A stretch of 64,000 nucleotides of DNA from Zygnema circumcarinatum SAG 698-1b. Taxonomy: Eukaryota > Plantae > Zygnematophyceae. The stretch is from assembly GCA_037447605.1 (NCBI GenBank), contig CM074808.1:992001-1056000 (forward strand), in the 5' to 3' direction. The position numbers and the translations under genes were made by a program. Shown here one piece after another: positions 62,674 to 64,000 of this stretch; position 1 is the first letter of the stretch, and every line of letters begins with the position of its first letter. The notes beneath the pieces are model-generated. The model had not been told where the DNA came from. It saw only the letters and a list, made by a program, of their open reading frames with translations, and did no database searches.

Positions 62674-64000
62674 GAGTTGTTGTCGGACACACCTCCTTCT
62701 CTCTCAAATGTAAAAATTTGCAATTGGCGGTGGTCAGACAGGGTCTTAGTGAAAGTTGATATATTTTCGTCGTCGATATATTTTTACGAACTGACGATGG
62801 TTTCACAAGCAGTTTTTTGTAGTTTGGAAGTGTTTAAGTCCTCGTCACCGCTGCAAGAGTGGAGGCCTGGCTTGTAATTATAAGGTAATGGACGTGGGGG
62901 GGGTGAATAGCTACGATCTGCGTTGTCGTTCAATTGTTTGCAAGGTGTCCCTCCGCACCAGCTGTTGGTGTTCTGTCTGCCTTTCCATCAGTTAGTTGCC
63001 GGAGTAGGCATGACCATGGCCATAGCCAGTTTGTAGTCGTACAAATAGTACGACTGCACGCTTGTACTGTACCATGAAACGTTCAAGGCACACCTGGTAC
63101 GGATTTGGATTGTGAAACACATTTGTTTTTCATGGCATGTTCCGTGTTTTGTATGCATTGCAATGTCTCGTCCCTTGTGATCCTTCGCACCTTGCATGCT
63201 GTCCTTTCAAAAGCATGACAATATTGAATGTAAGTTTCGCTCCAAAGCACGTTGTGCAAGGGAAGTTCCACACCGCCCTTTCCCATATTCACAATTTGAA
63301 ACACTGTCGGCATTCCGTAATGGGAAGTTTGCAATACATGATCTGCTCTCTCGTGCATGCTCTGGCCATTGTAGAGCGTGCCCATCCATGTGAACTAGCC
63401 CCCGACGAGCAAGCACATAACCCAGCCTTTATTCGATAGAGAAAATATCAAATGGAAAGGAGGAAGATAGATATTCCCGGGGGTCTTTAAGGCGCAGGTG
63501 CAGGCACAGGCCCAAGAGGCGCTGACACCGACGCCGACACAGACACACACAGCCAGTCACACAGACGCAGACACTACGATGGCAATTCTGAACAGTAGCA
63601 GGACACAAAAAGTTCCCGGCGATAGCACACTGACTCATCAGTATCACATCGACCATGCAGAATTGTAAAATATTATCAACGAGACACTGGAAGACTTGCA
63701 CTGATAACTGATGCTAAAAGGCATATAAACGGCAAGGATTGGTTTAGACATCATGATAGCGTTTAGACCTTATGATGGCATCGCCGTCATGAGATCAATG
63801 CCGACTAGTTTTTTCACGGAAGGCAAGTGCATTTGGAGTCCAAATGCTTCTCTCCGCGTTCAACAGCACATGTAAATTCTAAAATTGTACAACCTCCTCT
63901 TCACAGATTCCGACTGGGATCATTACAGTTCCCATTAAGCTCTTTCGAATTCCTACAAGCTGCTAAGAAAGTGAGTGAGTCATACTATGTGAAGTCGAAA

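Noticed and set aside
62990-63440. Protein-like minus-strand fragments (e.g. YIQYCHAFERTAC) suggesting a glycosyltransferase remnant
   Set aside because: The fragments are short, split across frames, and have no convincing motif set or splice chain. Not supportable without a homology search.
1-64000. CRISPR arrays, tRNA, rRNA, snRNA or telomeric arrays
   Set aside because: No repeat-spacer structure, cloverleaf with A/B boxes, or conserved rRNA/snRNA segments were recognised by eye. A covariance-model scan (tRNAscan-SE, Infernal/Rfam) would be needed to exclude small RNAs.

Overview
Eukaryotic, intron-rich (GT-AG) nuclear DNA with plant-type genes and GC-rich 5' islands, most consistent with a streptophyte green alga (the species cannot be fixed from sequence alone). 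Genes reconstructed in order: serine decarboxylase (-, runs off the left edge), a probable pseudogene (-), a FAX/TMEM14 plastid fatty-acid exporter (+), a pyrophosphatase-fold protein with a very long disordered tail (+), an NDP1/At5g02130-like TPR protein (-), a CHUP1/AR791-like coiled-coil protein (-), a group-G (GBF) bZIP factor (-), an At1g19690-like NAD(P)-binding epimerase/SDR (-), AP-2 sigma (-), a PPAT-DPCK-HD-like triple fusion CoA synthase (-), CD2BP2/LIN1 with OCRE domain (+), M1 aminopeptidase (+), PAS2 3-hydroxyacyl-CoA dehydratase (-) and an orphan ORF (+). Mobile and repeat content: a 197-bp TA-flanked MITE, a 1.35-kb composite TIR element with a transposase zinc-knuckle remnant, a decayed CRE-like non-LTR retroelement whose 3' end recurs elsewhere, and a 636-bp (GACGGT)n array. 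The two strongest discovery candidates are (1) the 603-aa CoA synthase with animal-type PPAT-DPCK fusion plus a third, HD-degenerate COG4339-like domain and (2) a catalytically eroded family-I pyrophosphatase fused to a ~690-aa disordered tail carrying an extended RVxF PP1-docking motif and a 14-3-3-type motif. All homology calls are from motif recognition by eye; no database searches were run.
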